A DNA stretch of 64,000 bases, taken from contig CP086569.2 in NCBI GenBank assembly GCA_009914755.4, positions 14,528,001 through 14,592,000 of the forward strand, written 5' to 3'. The number at the start of each line of letters is the position of its first letter. The stretch's first letter is position 1. The stretch comes from the human T2T-CHM13v2.0 reference genome, Homo sapiens. Made by a program: the position numbers and the translations under genes. This document shows positions 13,181 through 31,047 of the stretch, piece after piece. Below the pieces are notes generated by a model. The model made no database searches. It was not told where the DNA came from and saw nothing but the letters and a program-made list of their open reading frames with translations.

Positions 13181-15300
13181 ACCTGTGAACCATTGGAGGA
13201 CTTACATCTCCTATTTCAGAAGGAACTATCCCAGACCAAAATGCTCCTACAAGTGATCCTGAAGAGAAATCCCTTCCTCCTTAAAAAAGATAAGTGAAAA
13301 CCTACATAATCTTTAACACTCTTCTTGCCCCTTTAATGGAATCCTTTCATTATTATTAAGCAGTATATTAACCATATATTATTCATTATTATTAAGCAGT
13401 ATACATTATTAAGCAGTATACTAACCATACTCTTTGCAATAGGACTAAATACTGTAGCTCCTGCTGGGATGAAAATCATAATCACATCAACCTTCTTTCT
13501 ATCTTCCTTCTGACAGCAATTTACTCCTACATTTAACTCAGCCTGGATAAAATGATCTCATCTTCCAGAGCACCTTCCTTACCTTCCTATTTACCCTTTG
13601 CCTATCTATCCCTCCTGCTTCCTTGGATACCTCATACAATCACCCCTCCCCTTCCACTAGCTCCTAACTACCTCTACAACACTCTCAAGTTAACTCACTC
13701 TCTGTTAAAGCAGTCCAATCCTTCCCTGGCAAATTACTGTTTGCTTTGTATCTTTGTCAACCTCTGCTTATGTTGCCACTCCCATTCCCACAAAAAACTG
13801 GGTCTTTACCAACTTAACCTAGCACCCTCATTATGAAGGAAAATACCCTTTCTGACTTCTAAATATGCAATCATTAGCAGACTTCCTCATCTCTGATAGG
13901 ACCAAGAACACCCTAACAGGAAATGCAATTCAACTTTTTCATTCTTACATTTCCAACCTCACCGATTACACAAGTAATGAAAAGCCCATACACAGCCCTG
14001 TAACTGCGAATACCATCTTAACTGTCCAAGCCCCTTTATGCATCCAACACAACCTGTAATCAGGCCTGCCCTGGGGAACCTACTACCTCATCAGCGTAAT
14101 TACACCCTACAACTTCAAGCCGCAACTGATCATAGTAACTTCCGAGTCACCCAAAGAGCTCCATTCAGATGGCTTGTCCACTTCTCAGGACCCCCCAAAA
14201 TCATCACCTCCTCCGTGCTCAACAAACAGTCCAGGTTTTGTAATGGCAAACAAACTCCCAGCAGGACCATTCACCCCTGGACCCCCTGCAGCAAATCCCC
14301 CACCATTAGTGAGTGCCTTCTCATCCCCTCTTTCAATCACTCTCTCGAATTGTTCCTAGTAGATACAAAACAGTTTTTTCTCTAATGGGAAAATAGAACA
14401 CAGGGAGCCACTCAGTTTCCTCCCAACACCCCTTTCCAGCCATCGTTGGAGCTACCTTGGCAACTACTCTAGGAGTATGGGAAAATGAAAATAACAAACT
14501 CACACACCTTTTTAACATATACAACCAGTTCTGTCTACCCAGCCAAGGTATATTATGTGGAACGTTGACCTATATCTACCTTCCTGCTAACTGGACAGGC
14601 ACCTGCACATTGGTCTTTCTAAGTCCCAACATTAACATTGCCCCAGGAAATCAGACCTTATCTGTACCCCTCAAGCTCAAGTCCATCAGTGCACAGCCAT
14701 ACAACTAATACCCCTACTTACAGGGTTACGAGTGGCTACTGCTACAGGAACTGGAATAGCTAGTTTATCCACTTCATTATCCTACTACCACACACTCTCA
14801 AAGCATTTCTCAGACTGTTTGCAAGAAATAACAGAACACATCCTTACTCTACAATCCCAAATAGACTCTTTGGCAGCAGCAATGTTCCAAAACTGCTGAC
14901 GTCTAGACCTCCTCACTGCTGAGAAAGGAAGACTCTGAACCTTCTTAGGGGAAGTGTCGTTTTTACACTGACCAGTAAGGGATAGTACAAGATGTTGCCT
15001 GGCATTTACAGGAAAAGGCTTCTGAAATCTGACAATGCCTTTCAAACTCTTATACCAGCCTCTGGAGTTGGGCAACATGGCTTCTCTCCTTTCTAGGTCC
15101 CATGGCAGTCATCTTGCTATTACTCAACTTTGGGCCCTGTATTTTTAACCTCCTTGTCAAACTTGTTTCCTCTATGATCAAGGCCATCAAGCTTCAGATG
15201 GTCTTACAAATGGAATCCCAAATGAGCTCAACTAACAACTTCTACTGAGGACCCCTGGACTGACCTGCTGGCCCTTTACTGGCCTAAAGAGTGCCCCTCT
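13180..15300 (+). pseudogene. env remnant of provirus A, including a recognisable TM immunosuppressive-domain-like motif
   Basis: ORFs 13552..13836 and 14038..14385. At about 14873-14960 the sequence reads ...QNC*RLDLLTAEKGRL*TFLGEVSFLH, matching the gammaretroviral-type ISD consensus LQNRRGLDLLTAEKGGLC..E.CCFY but with stops. Confidence 0.65.
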
Positions 15301-15410
15301 GGAGGACACTACAACCGCAGGGCCCCTTCTTCACCCCTATCCAGCAGGAAGTATCTACAGCAGTCATCGCCCAATTCCCAAGAGCAGTAGGGATGTCCTG
15401 TTTAGAGGCA

Positions 15411-16255
15411 GATTGAGAGGTGAAGCTGGCTGGGCTTCTGGGTGGGGTGGGGACTTGGAGATCTTTTCTGTCTGGCCAAAGGATTGTAAACACACAAAAC
15501 AGTGCTCTGTGTCTAGCTAAAGGTTTATAAATGCACCAATCAGCACTCTGTAAAAAGGCACCAATCAGTGCTCTGTGTCTAGCTAAAGGTTTGTAGATGC
15601 ACCAATCAGCACTCTGTAAAAATGGACCAATCAGCACTCTGTAAAATGGACCAATCAGTGCTCTGTAAAGTGGACCAATTAGCAGAACGTGGGCAGGGCC
15701 AAATAAGGGAAGGCTGGCCACCCCAGCCAGCAGCAGAAACCCACTCAGTTCCCCTTCCATGCTGTGGAAGCTTTGTTCTTTCACTCTTCACAATAAATCT
15801 TGCTGCTGCTCACTCTTTGGGTCCACACTACCTTTGTGAGCTGTAACATTCACTGTCAAGGTCTGCAGCCTCACTCCTGGAGTCAGTGAGACCACGAACC
15901 CACTGGGAGGAAGAAACAACTCTGGAAGCACCACTTTTAAGAGCTGTAACACTCCCTATGAAGGTCTGCAGCTTCACTCTTGAAGTCAGAAAGACCACGA
16001 ACCTACCAGAAAGAAGAAACTCTGGACACATCTGAACATCAGAAGGAACAAACTCGAGACACCATCTTTAAGAACTGTTAACACTCACCATGAGGGTCCA
16101 GAAGGAAGAAAGTCTGGACACATCTGAATATCAGAAGGAACAAACTCTGGACACACCATCTTTAAGAACTGTAACACTCACCATGAGGGTCCACAGCTTC
16201 ATTCTTGAAATCATCGAGACCAAGAACCCACCAGAAGAAACCAATTCCAGAAAGA
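15411..16255 (+). mobile_element. LTR12-type 3' LTR of provirus A
   Basis: TGAGAGGTGAAGCTGGCTGGGCTTCTGGGTGGGGTGGGGACTTGGAG... Six CACCAATCAG units lie at 15530-15690. GGCCAAATAAGGGAAGGCTGGCC follows. CTGTAACACTCAC tandem units span 15840-16200. The 3' end is uncertain by about 20 bp. Confidence 0.8.
15793..15798 (+). promoter_or_regulatory. AATAAA polyadenylation signal in the R region of the 3' LTR (TCTTCACAATAAATCTTGCTGCTGC)
   Basis: The same position in the 5' LTR is mutated to AATACA (CTTCACAATACATCTTGCTGCTGC, about 6387). Confidence 0.6.
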
Positions 16256-17087
16256 CTACCTTGTCATTTTATTCATTTGTTTTCAAGAAGAAGTCTACTG
16301 GGATAAAGTAGGAAAAAATAAATGATAAAACATCTTTTTTTTTTTTTTTCTAAATGGGTCACCTCCTTGTATTTGGATTGTTTTTTCCATAATGAGACTT
16401 TGATATTCATGGTATTTACACTTTACAGAGATTAGCCTATAATTAGAATTATTTCAAAATTCACAAGAAAAAATGTTTGATCATAAATTTACTAGATAAA
16501 TTTCTACTGGAACCTCAGTATTTAAAACTGAAAATACTTTATAAACATTTCTTATCCACAGTATAGATACTCCTCATTGAGGAATTTAAACATTATGTCA
16601 GAAAAAATCTGTATTTGATTAGCTTTCTAGGGAGATAAACACGACATTAATCTACAAACAGGAATTTTTACAAATTATCCTTTATTTGTATAGCGTTCTC
16701 TGTGATTTTCAGCCAGGCAGCCATCCCCTCTGGTTCTATCTAGTGCCATATACATGCCCCCTCAGCCCCAGCTGCAGGCAGCCTCCCTACCATGATGTAA
16801 AATCCCTTGTTTCCACAGGGATTCCACCTGACTTGAGAGACCCCCTCCCCTATAAATGTTAATCCAACATTGTGTTTTAGGCTCAGTCAATGTGGCTTTC
16901 TTCTCTTCTTTAATGTTGAAAGTTGCTTGGAGGAGCAGCTGAATCTCATAGCCCATGGAGTTTCCAACGGGCTGGCTTTCTGACAGGTTTGTTGGGTAAG
17001 AGAGTGTAATCAGGAGAAGGGCAAAACTTTTCTTAACCACTATAAAAATAAACGGATACCCCAGGTTTCAAATATTCTCTCTCTCTC

Positions 17088-17394
<307 letters not shown>

Positions 17395-19366
17395 TAAGTT
17401 TCCCTTTATAAAGAATCCTGCTGAAAACAATCTAATCTAAGCATATAATACCTATGCAAATAATATATATAATAAACACCAGATCTGGAATGCCAATTTT
17501 ATACAGAAAGTTGAAGGGTTTTTTTTGCTGGAGTGCAGTGGAGATAATTCCTCATTGCCATCACACTCTACCTCCTTATTCAGGAAGCATTCACAAACTC
17601 TGCCTGTATGACACCAAAAGTATCACAGTTAGTTCCCTGAAATTAAACCCCAGTAAAATCCTTAACCAGTTCATTCAGGGGCCCCTTCTGTGCAGCCCAA
17701 GTGTTGGCACAAAACAAGTAGTTGGTGCTTCAGATGTCCCACTCTTTCCTCACTGGCCTGTCCCTGGGCTCCATAGAGAAACAGTGAGAAACATCCTTAT
17801 CATAAATGGATATGATCTACCTACAAATGGAAAAAACAAACAAACATAATTTATCTTTATACAAATGATGCTCTTTACCTTTGATTATAGTTTACCTGCT
17901 TAAATGATTTTGTCTGCATTGCAAAGTATTTTATCCAAAATAAAATTTCTGTCCAATGATCTTTAAAACTGTCTTGTTATGTAATGCCATATATTTATAA
18001 ATAACTGATACCTTGATGTGTCAACATTAGATAGTTTTGATGGGATATTCTAAAAGAGGATGTCAAAAACATTGATTTACAGTTGCAAAGCAGAAATAAT
18101 AATTATACAAATTTTCTTAATTTTTTGGGGGATGGAAAAAGAAAAAAAACCGCTAACATTGAAAATGTTCAGTTTTAACTTCAGTAGTTAGGTACTGAAG
18201 TACTACCCAAAACAAGGCAGAGAACTAAGACATTATTGAGTCACACATACTTCAACCTGTTTATAAATTCTCATGAGTTTAAAGTTTGAAATCCAACCGA
18301 TTACATTTATTTAAGAAGGAAATTTTGTACAGAGCCATCTCTGCCCTTTGGAAATAGTGTGATGAATTCTGATCCTGGAGCATAAAGTTGAAAACTTTTT
18401 ACTTTCTTCATATATAAGTATGCCAGAAGTTTTAATTTAAATACAATGGCAAATACAGAGTAAATGAAATATTTCCAAAGGACATGTAATCAACAAGTGA
18501 CAAAAATTTCCAAGTTAATCTCCAGAGGGTGTAATCTCTCAAGCAGTAAGTTGCTTGAGTCAACTATTTGATAATTTTTATTAGCCAACAGAGGCACTGG
18601 ACAGGGCAAATGCTAAAGCTGAAAAAAAAGAGCAACTGCAGTTTGTAGGGGGAAGTGTGAATCTAATTGTAGCCCTGGTCATGAGTCTGGTTTTGACAGA
18701 CCTATCTGCAGATCTACTTCTAGCTTATCTCTTGGACACTCTTTTAGGTCCAGATTGCCTCTTACATAGGGAATACAGTACACGGAGACATGTCCTGACA
18801 CTGAAATAATGGGTAACGTGTGCTCATCTGTAAAAAAGCTGTGAGGAGAAATTGGAATTTTTTCTCTGCCTCTGCTGCAGACGCTCAGTGACAAGGAGCA
18901 CTGTTTATAGGAAAGGTTTATTCACGGACTATGGGAGGGCAGTCCTTTATGGAACTGTGGAGCACCATGCACCAGGAACAGTTAGTTATGACACAAACTG
19001 CCAGTGGCATCTGCTGGAAGATGAAGCCCTTGACCCTAAGATGTGTTGGGAATTATTTGTGTCATAGAAAGCCAGTACTTATGTGGGATGATAATGACCA
19101 AATAACATGAGCAAGAGGACTCAAAAAGAGATGCCATAAATAACAGAAAGACAGAAAATTAATCAATCTTACTGAGTTAATAATAAAATGAAGAAAAACC
19201 AACCAGTCAACCAACCACTAACCAACACAGTGAAGGGGAAGGGTTAAAAAGAGAACAAGTCTCAAACTTGTTGAGATGGTGCAGAAAGGGCCTTAAGACA
19301 TAGGACTCCCCCATGCCAGTAAGAATAAAATTACAGCATGAAGTTTCACACAGGTTCAGAGGTTTG

Positions 19367-19477
19367 CCTCCTCCTCCTCCTCTTTCTTCTTCTTCTCCTT
19401 CTTCTTCTTCTTCTTCTTCTTCTTCTTCTTCTTCTTCTTCTTCTTCTTCTTCTTCTTCTTCTTCTTCTTCTTCTTCT
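19367..19477. repeat. (CCT)5 + (CTT)n microsatellite, about 37 trinucleotide units, the last 26 CTT units uninterrupted
   Basis: CCTCCTCCTCCTCTTTCTTCTTCTTCTCCTTCTTCTT...CTTCTG read directly. Pure polypyrimidine/polypurine asymmetry. Confidence 0.95.
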
Positions 19478-19608
19478 GTCACTTTTCCAAATTATTTTCT
19501 TTTGCCTTCCCTCAGTTCCCTTTTTGGCTCTAGATACCCATGGCAAGTGTCAAGCAATGCACAAGAATGAACAAAAGGCAGCCATTGTTGCTGGTAGATT
19601 ATTCTGTT

Positions 19609-19750
19609 TGGAAGGTATGGTTTTGTGTGCACTTTTGGTTGAAAACCTATGTCTAACATCCATGTCAGACAAGGTTTGTCTGGAAGGTATGGTTTTGTGT
19701 GCACTTTTGGTTGAAAACCTATGTCTAACACCCATGTCAGACATTGATGG
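19609..19750. repeat. Local tandem duplication, 2 copies of a 72-bp unit (GGAAGGTATGGTTTTGTGTGCACTTTTGGTTGAAAACCTATGTCTAACA[T/C]CCATGTCAGACA...)
   Basis: Copy 1 is at about 19609-19680 and copy 2 at about 19681-19750, with 2-3 mismatches. The duplication also shows as duplicated peptide in ORFs 19492..19776(-) and 19550..19801(-). Confidence 0.9.
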
Positions 19751-19928
19751 GGAGAGAGGCAGCCTCCTCTCCCCACAAATTTCAGTGAGAATGACCTTCA
19801 AGAATCAGCTCCATAAGACCTTCCCTGGGTGTCACTGTCTAGACTCTCCACCACCTTGAAATTCACTCTTTCTTCTTATCTAAAATTTCAAGGATGGGAG
19901 CTAAGAAACTAGATGCAACCTAATATTT

Positions 19929-19942
<14 letters not shown>

Positions 19943-19961
<19 letters not shown>

Positions 19962-20247
19962 AGACAAGGTCTGGCTCTGTCACCCAGGTTGGAGTGCAGT
20001 GGTGTGATTACCTAACTCAACTTCTACCTACCAGATTCAAGCCATCCTCTCACTTCAGCCTCTTGAGTGGTTGGGATTACAGGTGTGTGCCACTACATCT
20101 GGACACTTGGTTAATTTTTGAATTTCTTGTAGAGATGGAGTTTCATCTTGTTGTCTTGGCTGTTCTCAAATTCCTGAGCTTAAGTGATCTTTCTGCCTCA
20201 GCCTCTCAAAGTGCTGGGATTATAGGGGTGAACCACCATGCCCAGAC
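19943..20247 (-). mobile_element. Alu SINE (minus strand, poly-T 19943-19960)
   Basis: T18 then GAGACAAGGTCTGGCTCTGTCACCCAGGTTGGAGTGCAGTGGTGTGAT... CCTCTCAAAGTGCTGGGATTATAGGGGTGAACCACCATGCCCAGAC. Confidence 0.88.
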
Positions 20248-21130
20248 TAATGCTCAGTACTTAAGGTTCTCCTAATCTCTGGTACTAATTAATTTCTAAC
20301 TTGTCTGTCATGACATGTCAGTGTTTGCTTGTCTTCATATGTTTATCACTGTCCCCTGTTCATCATTTATATTTATTAAATGTTTTGAAGGAGCTCAGAC
20401 TTAAAATGACTGGTAGGAGTTTCAGTGTCTCACAATAAGTACCCTTTTGAAATAGTCTGGTAGAATTGGGCTGGAGATAGAAAGTTTTGGGGATCTCTTG
20501 GCAGTATTCAGATATCCCTAGAGTGAAGGTAAAGAGGACATTGTTGCATATATCGAATTTCCAGCACCATTTATTGAAGGAATCTTCTTTCTCCAATGTA
20601 TATTCTTAGCACTTTGTCAAAAAAAGTTGATGGAGAGAGGCAGAGTGAGATGGCAAAATAGAAAACTCCAGCAATCCTTACCTTTGCAAAGACACCAATT
20701 TAACCACTATCTACACAGAAAAACAACACCTTCATAAGAACCAAAATATCAGGTGAGCACTCATGGTACCTGCTTTTATGTTTATATCACTGAAAGAAGC
20801 ACAGAAGAGACAGAAAGAAACAGTCCCTAATTACCAGTGTCACCCTTCCAAACCCCTGGCAGGGGCAGTATGGTGTGGAGAGCATCTCTGTGCTGCAGGA
20901 GGGACAACACAGAAATCATGAGACAATGAACTCAGGGCTGTCCTGTTAGGGTAGAAAGAAAAACCGGCCCAACTCAGCTGATGCTTGGTCTTTCAGGGAG
21001 CATTTAAGCCAGAATTGCAGATCCCTCTTGTCCATCCAATCTTGAGTTCCTGCAAATCTTAGGGGAACCCATTGCCATAAAGTTTGATGCCTAGGCCAGG
21101 CAGCATTCACAAGCTGATTTAAGAGTCCTT

Positions 21131-21435
21131 GGCCAGGCTCAGTGGCTCTCGCTTACAATCCCAGCACTTTGGGATGCTGAGGAAGGTGGATCACGAGGTC
21201 AAGAGTTCAAGATCAGCCTGACCAACACATTGAGACCATATCTCTGTTAAAAATACAAAAATTAGCTGGGTGTGGTGGCAGGAACCTGTAATCCCAGCTA
21301 CTCAAGAGGCTGACGCAGGAGAATCTCTTGAACCCAGGAGGTGGAGGTCGCAGTGAGCCAAGATTGCACGACTTTATTCCAGTCTGGGTGACAGAGCTAG
21401 TCTCCATCTAAACAAACAAACAAACAAACAAACGT
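21131..21435 (+). mobile_element. Alu SINE with a (CAAA)7 tail
   Basis: GGCCAGGCTCAGTGGCTCTCGCTTACAATCCCAGCACTTTGGGATGCTGAGG... GCAGTGAGCCAAGATTGCACGAC...TCTAAACAAACAAACAAACAAACAAACG. Confidence 0.88.
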
Positions 21436-22199
21436 CATTGGGCCTTTAGAAAACATTGGTGGTAGTCTGGCAGCACTCTTTATGTCCCAGACTGATGATG
21501 GCTATGTGATGAAACTCCTCTACCATTTGAAGGGTTACAGAAGAAAGGGAAAGTTGCAATGCAATAGCACACTGAGTAGTCTCCCAAGGTTTTGAACCTG
21601 TCTCCCAGATAGCACTTCTGGACCTACCCAGGGCCTAAGGAGCCTCACCACCCTAAAGGAGAGAACACAGACCAGGATGACTTTGCCATCTGCTGACTGT
21701 AGAACTCTAGGGCCTTGAGTGAACATAGGCAGTAGCCAAGGAGTGGCTACAACAGGCCTTTGGTGGGACACAGGCTGGCTTTAGGTCTGATCCAATCCAA
21801 AACAACCATAGTGGTGATGGCAACAGTAATGTTTGTGTCACTCCATCCTCACCTAAGGTGACACAGAAAGGAGGGAGACAGAATCTGTATGTTTAGGATG
21901 AAGTAAGGGAGAACAAGAGTTTCTGCTTGGTAATCCAGAGAATTGTCCCAGATCTTGTCAAGACCATCAAGGCAGTGTCTCTGCAAGTCTTCAAGAACCA
22001 CAGCATTACTGGGCTTAGGTTGCCTTCTAATGCAGATACAGTTTATACATCACATACCTAAGTCCTTTCCAATATCTACAAAGCCTTCCCAAGGAGGATG
22101 ACTACAAATAAGCCTAGACAGTGAAAACTACAACAATGCCTAATTCTTCAATGTCCAGATGACAAAGAACATCTTCTAGCATCAACATAATCCAGGAAA

Positions 22200-23600
22200 A
22201 CATGGCCTAGGACCAATTCTTGGAGAAACAGAGATAAATGATCTTTTAGAAAATTCAAAATAGGAGCTGTGTTGAGGAAACTCAAAGAAATTCAAGATAA
22301 CCCAGACAAGGAATTCAGAATTCTATTGGATAAGTTTAATAGGGAGATTGAAATAATTAAGAAGAATTAGGCAGAAATTCTGGAAGTGAAAAATGTAACT
22401 GGCATACTGAAAAATGCATCAGAGTCCTTTAATAGCAGAATGAATCAAACAGAAGAAAGAATTAGTTAGTTTGGGCCAGTATCTTCAACTGAAATATCCA
22501 GGTTCTCACATTGGGACTGATGGGGCAAACATCTCAACCCATAGAGTATGAAGAAAAGTGGAAAGTAGTGGGTGTCAGCCTGCCTGGGAGCAGCACAGAA
22601 CAAAATGAACCCCACTTCCAGCCAAGCAGGCTAAAGTGGCTGACTTGACTGCTGTGGGCAGAACTTTGATCTCTCCTTAGGATAGAGCTCCTGGGAAAAG
22701 GTGTGGCCACCATCTCTGTGGCTCAGTAAACTTGGCTACTCCAGCCTGCTAGCTTTAAAGAATACAGACAGCCTGGGAAGAGGAAGGGTTCCTCTTCTTT
22801 GCAAAGGGTTCTTCCCATTGCAACACACCTGTGCTACCAAAAAGCAACCGGACAGTTTTGGGTTTCTTTTTGTGGTTGTTGTTGCTGTTGTTGTTTTTTT
22901 GATATGGAGTTTCACTCTTGTTGCCCAGGCTGGAGTACAATGGTGCAATCTCAGCTCACTGCAACCTCCACTTCCTGGGCTTAAGCCTCCCAAGTAGCTG
23001 GTATTAGGCACCTGCAATCACACCCAGCTAATTTTTGTATTTTTAGTAGAGATGGGATTTCACCATGTTGGGCAGGCTGGTGTGCAACTCTTGACACTAG
23101 GAGATCCACCCTCCTTGGCCTCCCAAATTGCTGGGATTACAGTTGTATAGTAACAAACCAGAGTGGACTGTGTGTCCTAGCTCATCAGACTAACAGCAGA
23201 CCTCTCAGCAGAAACCCTACAAGCTAGAAGTGATTAGGGGCCAAAATTCAACATTCTTAAAGGAACGAATTTCCAACCCAGAATTTCACATCTGGCCAAA
23301 CTAAGCTTCATAAATGAAGGAGAAATAAGAATCTTTATAGGCAAGAAAATGCTAAGTGATTTATTGACACCACACTTGCCTTGCAAAAGCTCCTGAATGA
23401 AGCATAAATATGGAAAGGAAAGACAATTATCAGTCACCACAAAAACACACGTAAGTACACAGACCAGTGACACTATGAAGCAACCACATAAACAAGTCTG
23501 CAAAATAAAAAACTAGCATCATAGCGATAGGATCAAATTCACATGAAGCAATGCTAATGTTAAATGTAAACTTTACATGTAAAACATCCCTTAAGTCTAC
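22200..23600 (+). mobile_element. Fragments of an old L1 (ORF1 region at about 22200-22480, and ORF1 3' end / ORF2 start at about 23190-23600) interrupted by an Alu
   Basis: The 22250-22440 region translates in one frame to an L1 ORF1-like coiled-coil segment (...IEIIKKN.AEILEVKNVTGILKNASESFNSRMNQTEERIS). The 23190-23330 region matches L1 ORF1 (TADLSAETLQARSD.GPKFNILKERNFQPRISHLAKLSFINEGEIRIFIGKKMLSDL). The 23520-23600 region resembles the ORF2 start (ATAGGATCAAATTCACATGAAGCAATGCTAATGTTAAATGTAAAC). Confidence 0.55.
22894..23142 (-). mobile_element. Alu SINE (minus strand), preceded by (GTT)n
   Basis: TTTTTTTGATATGGAGTTTCACTCTTGTTGCCCAGGCTGGAGTACAATGGTGCAATCTCAGCTCACTGCAACCTCCACTTCCTGGG... 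CCTCCCAAATTGCTGGGATTACAG. Confidence 0.88.
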
Positions 23601-25105
23601 CAATACCATCTTCTGTGACTTCTTTTCATTTTCACTAACATCTATCAGCTCATAAGTGCAAGACCAGGCTAGATGGATAGAACAGCCCTTGGACCTAAAA
23701 TGTGTAGAGTCTGCTAGAGAAAGTAACATGGAGTTACCAAAATAACATATGGGGAACGTAGCAAATGCAACAGAGCTTTCAGTTCAAATCTCAGCTTTGT
23801 TGCTGAATTTGGGTAAATGAGTCTTATGAGCCTATTTCTTCCTCTGAAAGTGGAGAATATGGCAAGAAGCAGAAAGAATGGAAGGAGTGGGTGGGAAGAG
23901 CCTTAGGTGGGTGCCTGGTACAGAGGATTCCACCCCATCTGGGCCACACAACATCAAGAAGCACATAAGGGCCTGGGGACAAAGAACACGCAGAATTCCT
24001 ATCTCCCATGAAGTAGAAAAATCAAACTATCAGGAACTGATTTGCCATTTCCCAGCCTATGCAACAATGTGTTCTCACATGGTTAGGTCCTATGGCAAGG
24101 GACACAGCAGGTTACCCTGAGTCCCATTAGATGAGAGGTATACTGTTCCTTACACTGCCTATCTAGATCCTTATGGTGGTTTCAGGTTTTGCATCAGAAG
24201 AATGTATTCTGTTTAGTAAGGAAAATATGTTCATTTAGGGCATGAATGACTTTTGGTAAGTACTGTGTCCACAGAGGAGGAGGGCATGTCTTCTGGAGTC
24301 GCTGCTTTAGCATTCTATCATCCATTCAATCAGCCCCACTGCTGTAGGGCTGTACAGCATGTGGAAATGCCACTGAATATCCAGAGCTTCCACTCATTCC
24401 TGTACTTCGTTTTCAGAAAAGTAAAAGCCGTGGTCACTATCAATATCAGTGGGGACACCATAGACTGCAGACAGCTGCTGTACTCCTTTTATGGTATTTT
24501 TCTAGGCAGGACCCTGACTGGGACGTGTCTGCAGTAGTACAGTGCAACCATCTGTGCAAGCCAAGGTAAAGTGGCAGACATCAGACATAAGCAAAGGTTC
24601 TATGTAGTTTATCTGCCACTATTGCAGCAAAGGCCTGAGATTTTTCTGTGCAAAACTAGGACATTGTTGACAGTTAAATACTATGTTTTTATACTGTAAT
24701 CATAGGCCACATTTCTTCACTGTGGCCAAAAGTGTACGTTGTCACTAGTGCCTTGCCCTCTTACATAGCCAGTAGACCACATCTTCTCCAAGAACTTCCT
24801 CAAAGAGGGGAATGCAAGCTACCTCAACCCCCTGTTGATTTCCAGGTGGAGTAGTAGCAGTAAGGATAACCACCTCATAGCATTTCATGCATCCCCCAAA
24901 TGTGATGGAAAATGTCCTTCTAAATGTCAGCATGCCAAAGGGGCCTGCCCACTACTGTACCATCCTGTACTTTCCATTGTGGTATCTACATTGTAAGTCT
25001 CTTAAAAATGACCCAGTTATCAGTGCACAGTACTATTGGCTCTGGCTTGTGGAGGAGGACCATCCAGGGAGCTCACGACTCAATTCATTCCCTATTGTGT
25101 CCTTT

Positions 25106-31035
<5,930 letters not shown>

Positions 31036-31047
31036 CCACCAAGCTTG

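Larger units (their letters stand above)
6003..16255 (+). mobile_element. HERV9 (ERV9) provirus A: LTR12 - gag - pro - pol - env - LTR12, heavily mutated
   Basis: Two LTRs share the LTR12 hallmark (TGAGAG[CG]TGAAGC..GCTGGGCTTCTGGGT... then tandem CACCAATCAGCACTCTGT CCAAT-box units ... GGCCAAATAAGGGAA... CTGTAACACTCAC repeats). The internal sequence carries gag, pro, pol and env homology in that order on the plus strand. Confidence 0.85.

Noticed and set aside
15284-15846. 166-aa ORF 15284..15784 (-) and neighbours 15606..15791 (-), 15622..15846 (+) with internally repetitive peptides (LIGPFYRALIGPFYRVLIGPF / DQSALCKMDQSVLCKVDQ)
   Set aside because: They lie entirely within the LTR12 3' LTR. 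The peptide periodicity simply mirrors the tandem CCAAT-box DNA units. The equivalent ORFs in provirus B (44633..45031, 35859..36044) show the same artefact.
18852-19067. ORF 18852..19067 (+) 71 aa with a faint CUB-domain-like stretch (…GTVSYDTNCQWHLLED…)
   Set aside because: Too short. It has a single Cys where CUB domains have two disulfide pairs, lacks flanking splice signals, and a match of this length is expected by chance.
19207-19859. ORFs encoding poly-Glu (19207..19482, -), poly-Ser (19313..19570, +), poly-Leu (19338..19859, +, 173 aa) and poly-Arg (19346..19546, -)
   Set aside because: All four are readings of the same (CTT/CCT)n microsatellite in different frames and strands. They have no start context, no flanking coding signal and are mutually overlapping. 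They are repeat artefacts, not low-complexity proteins.
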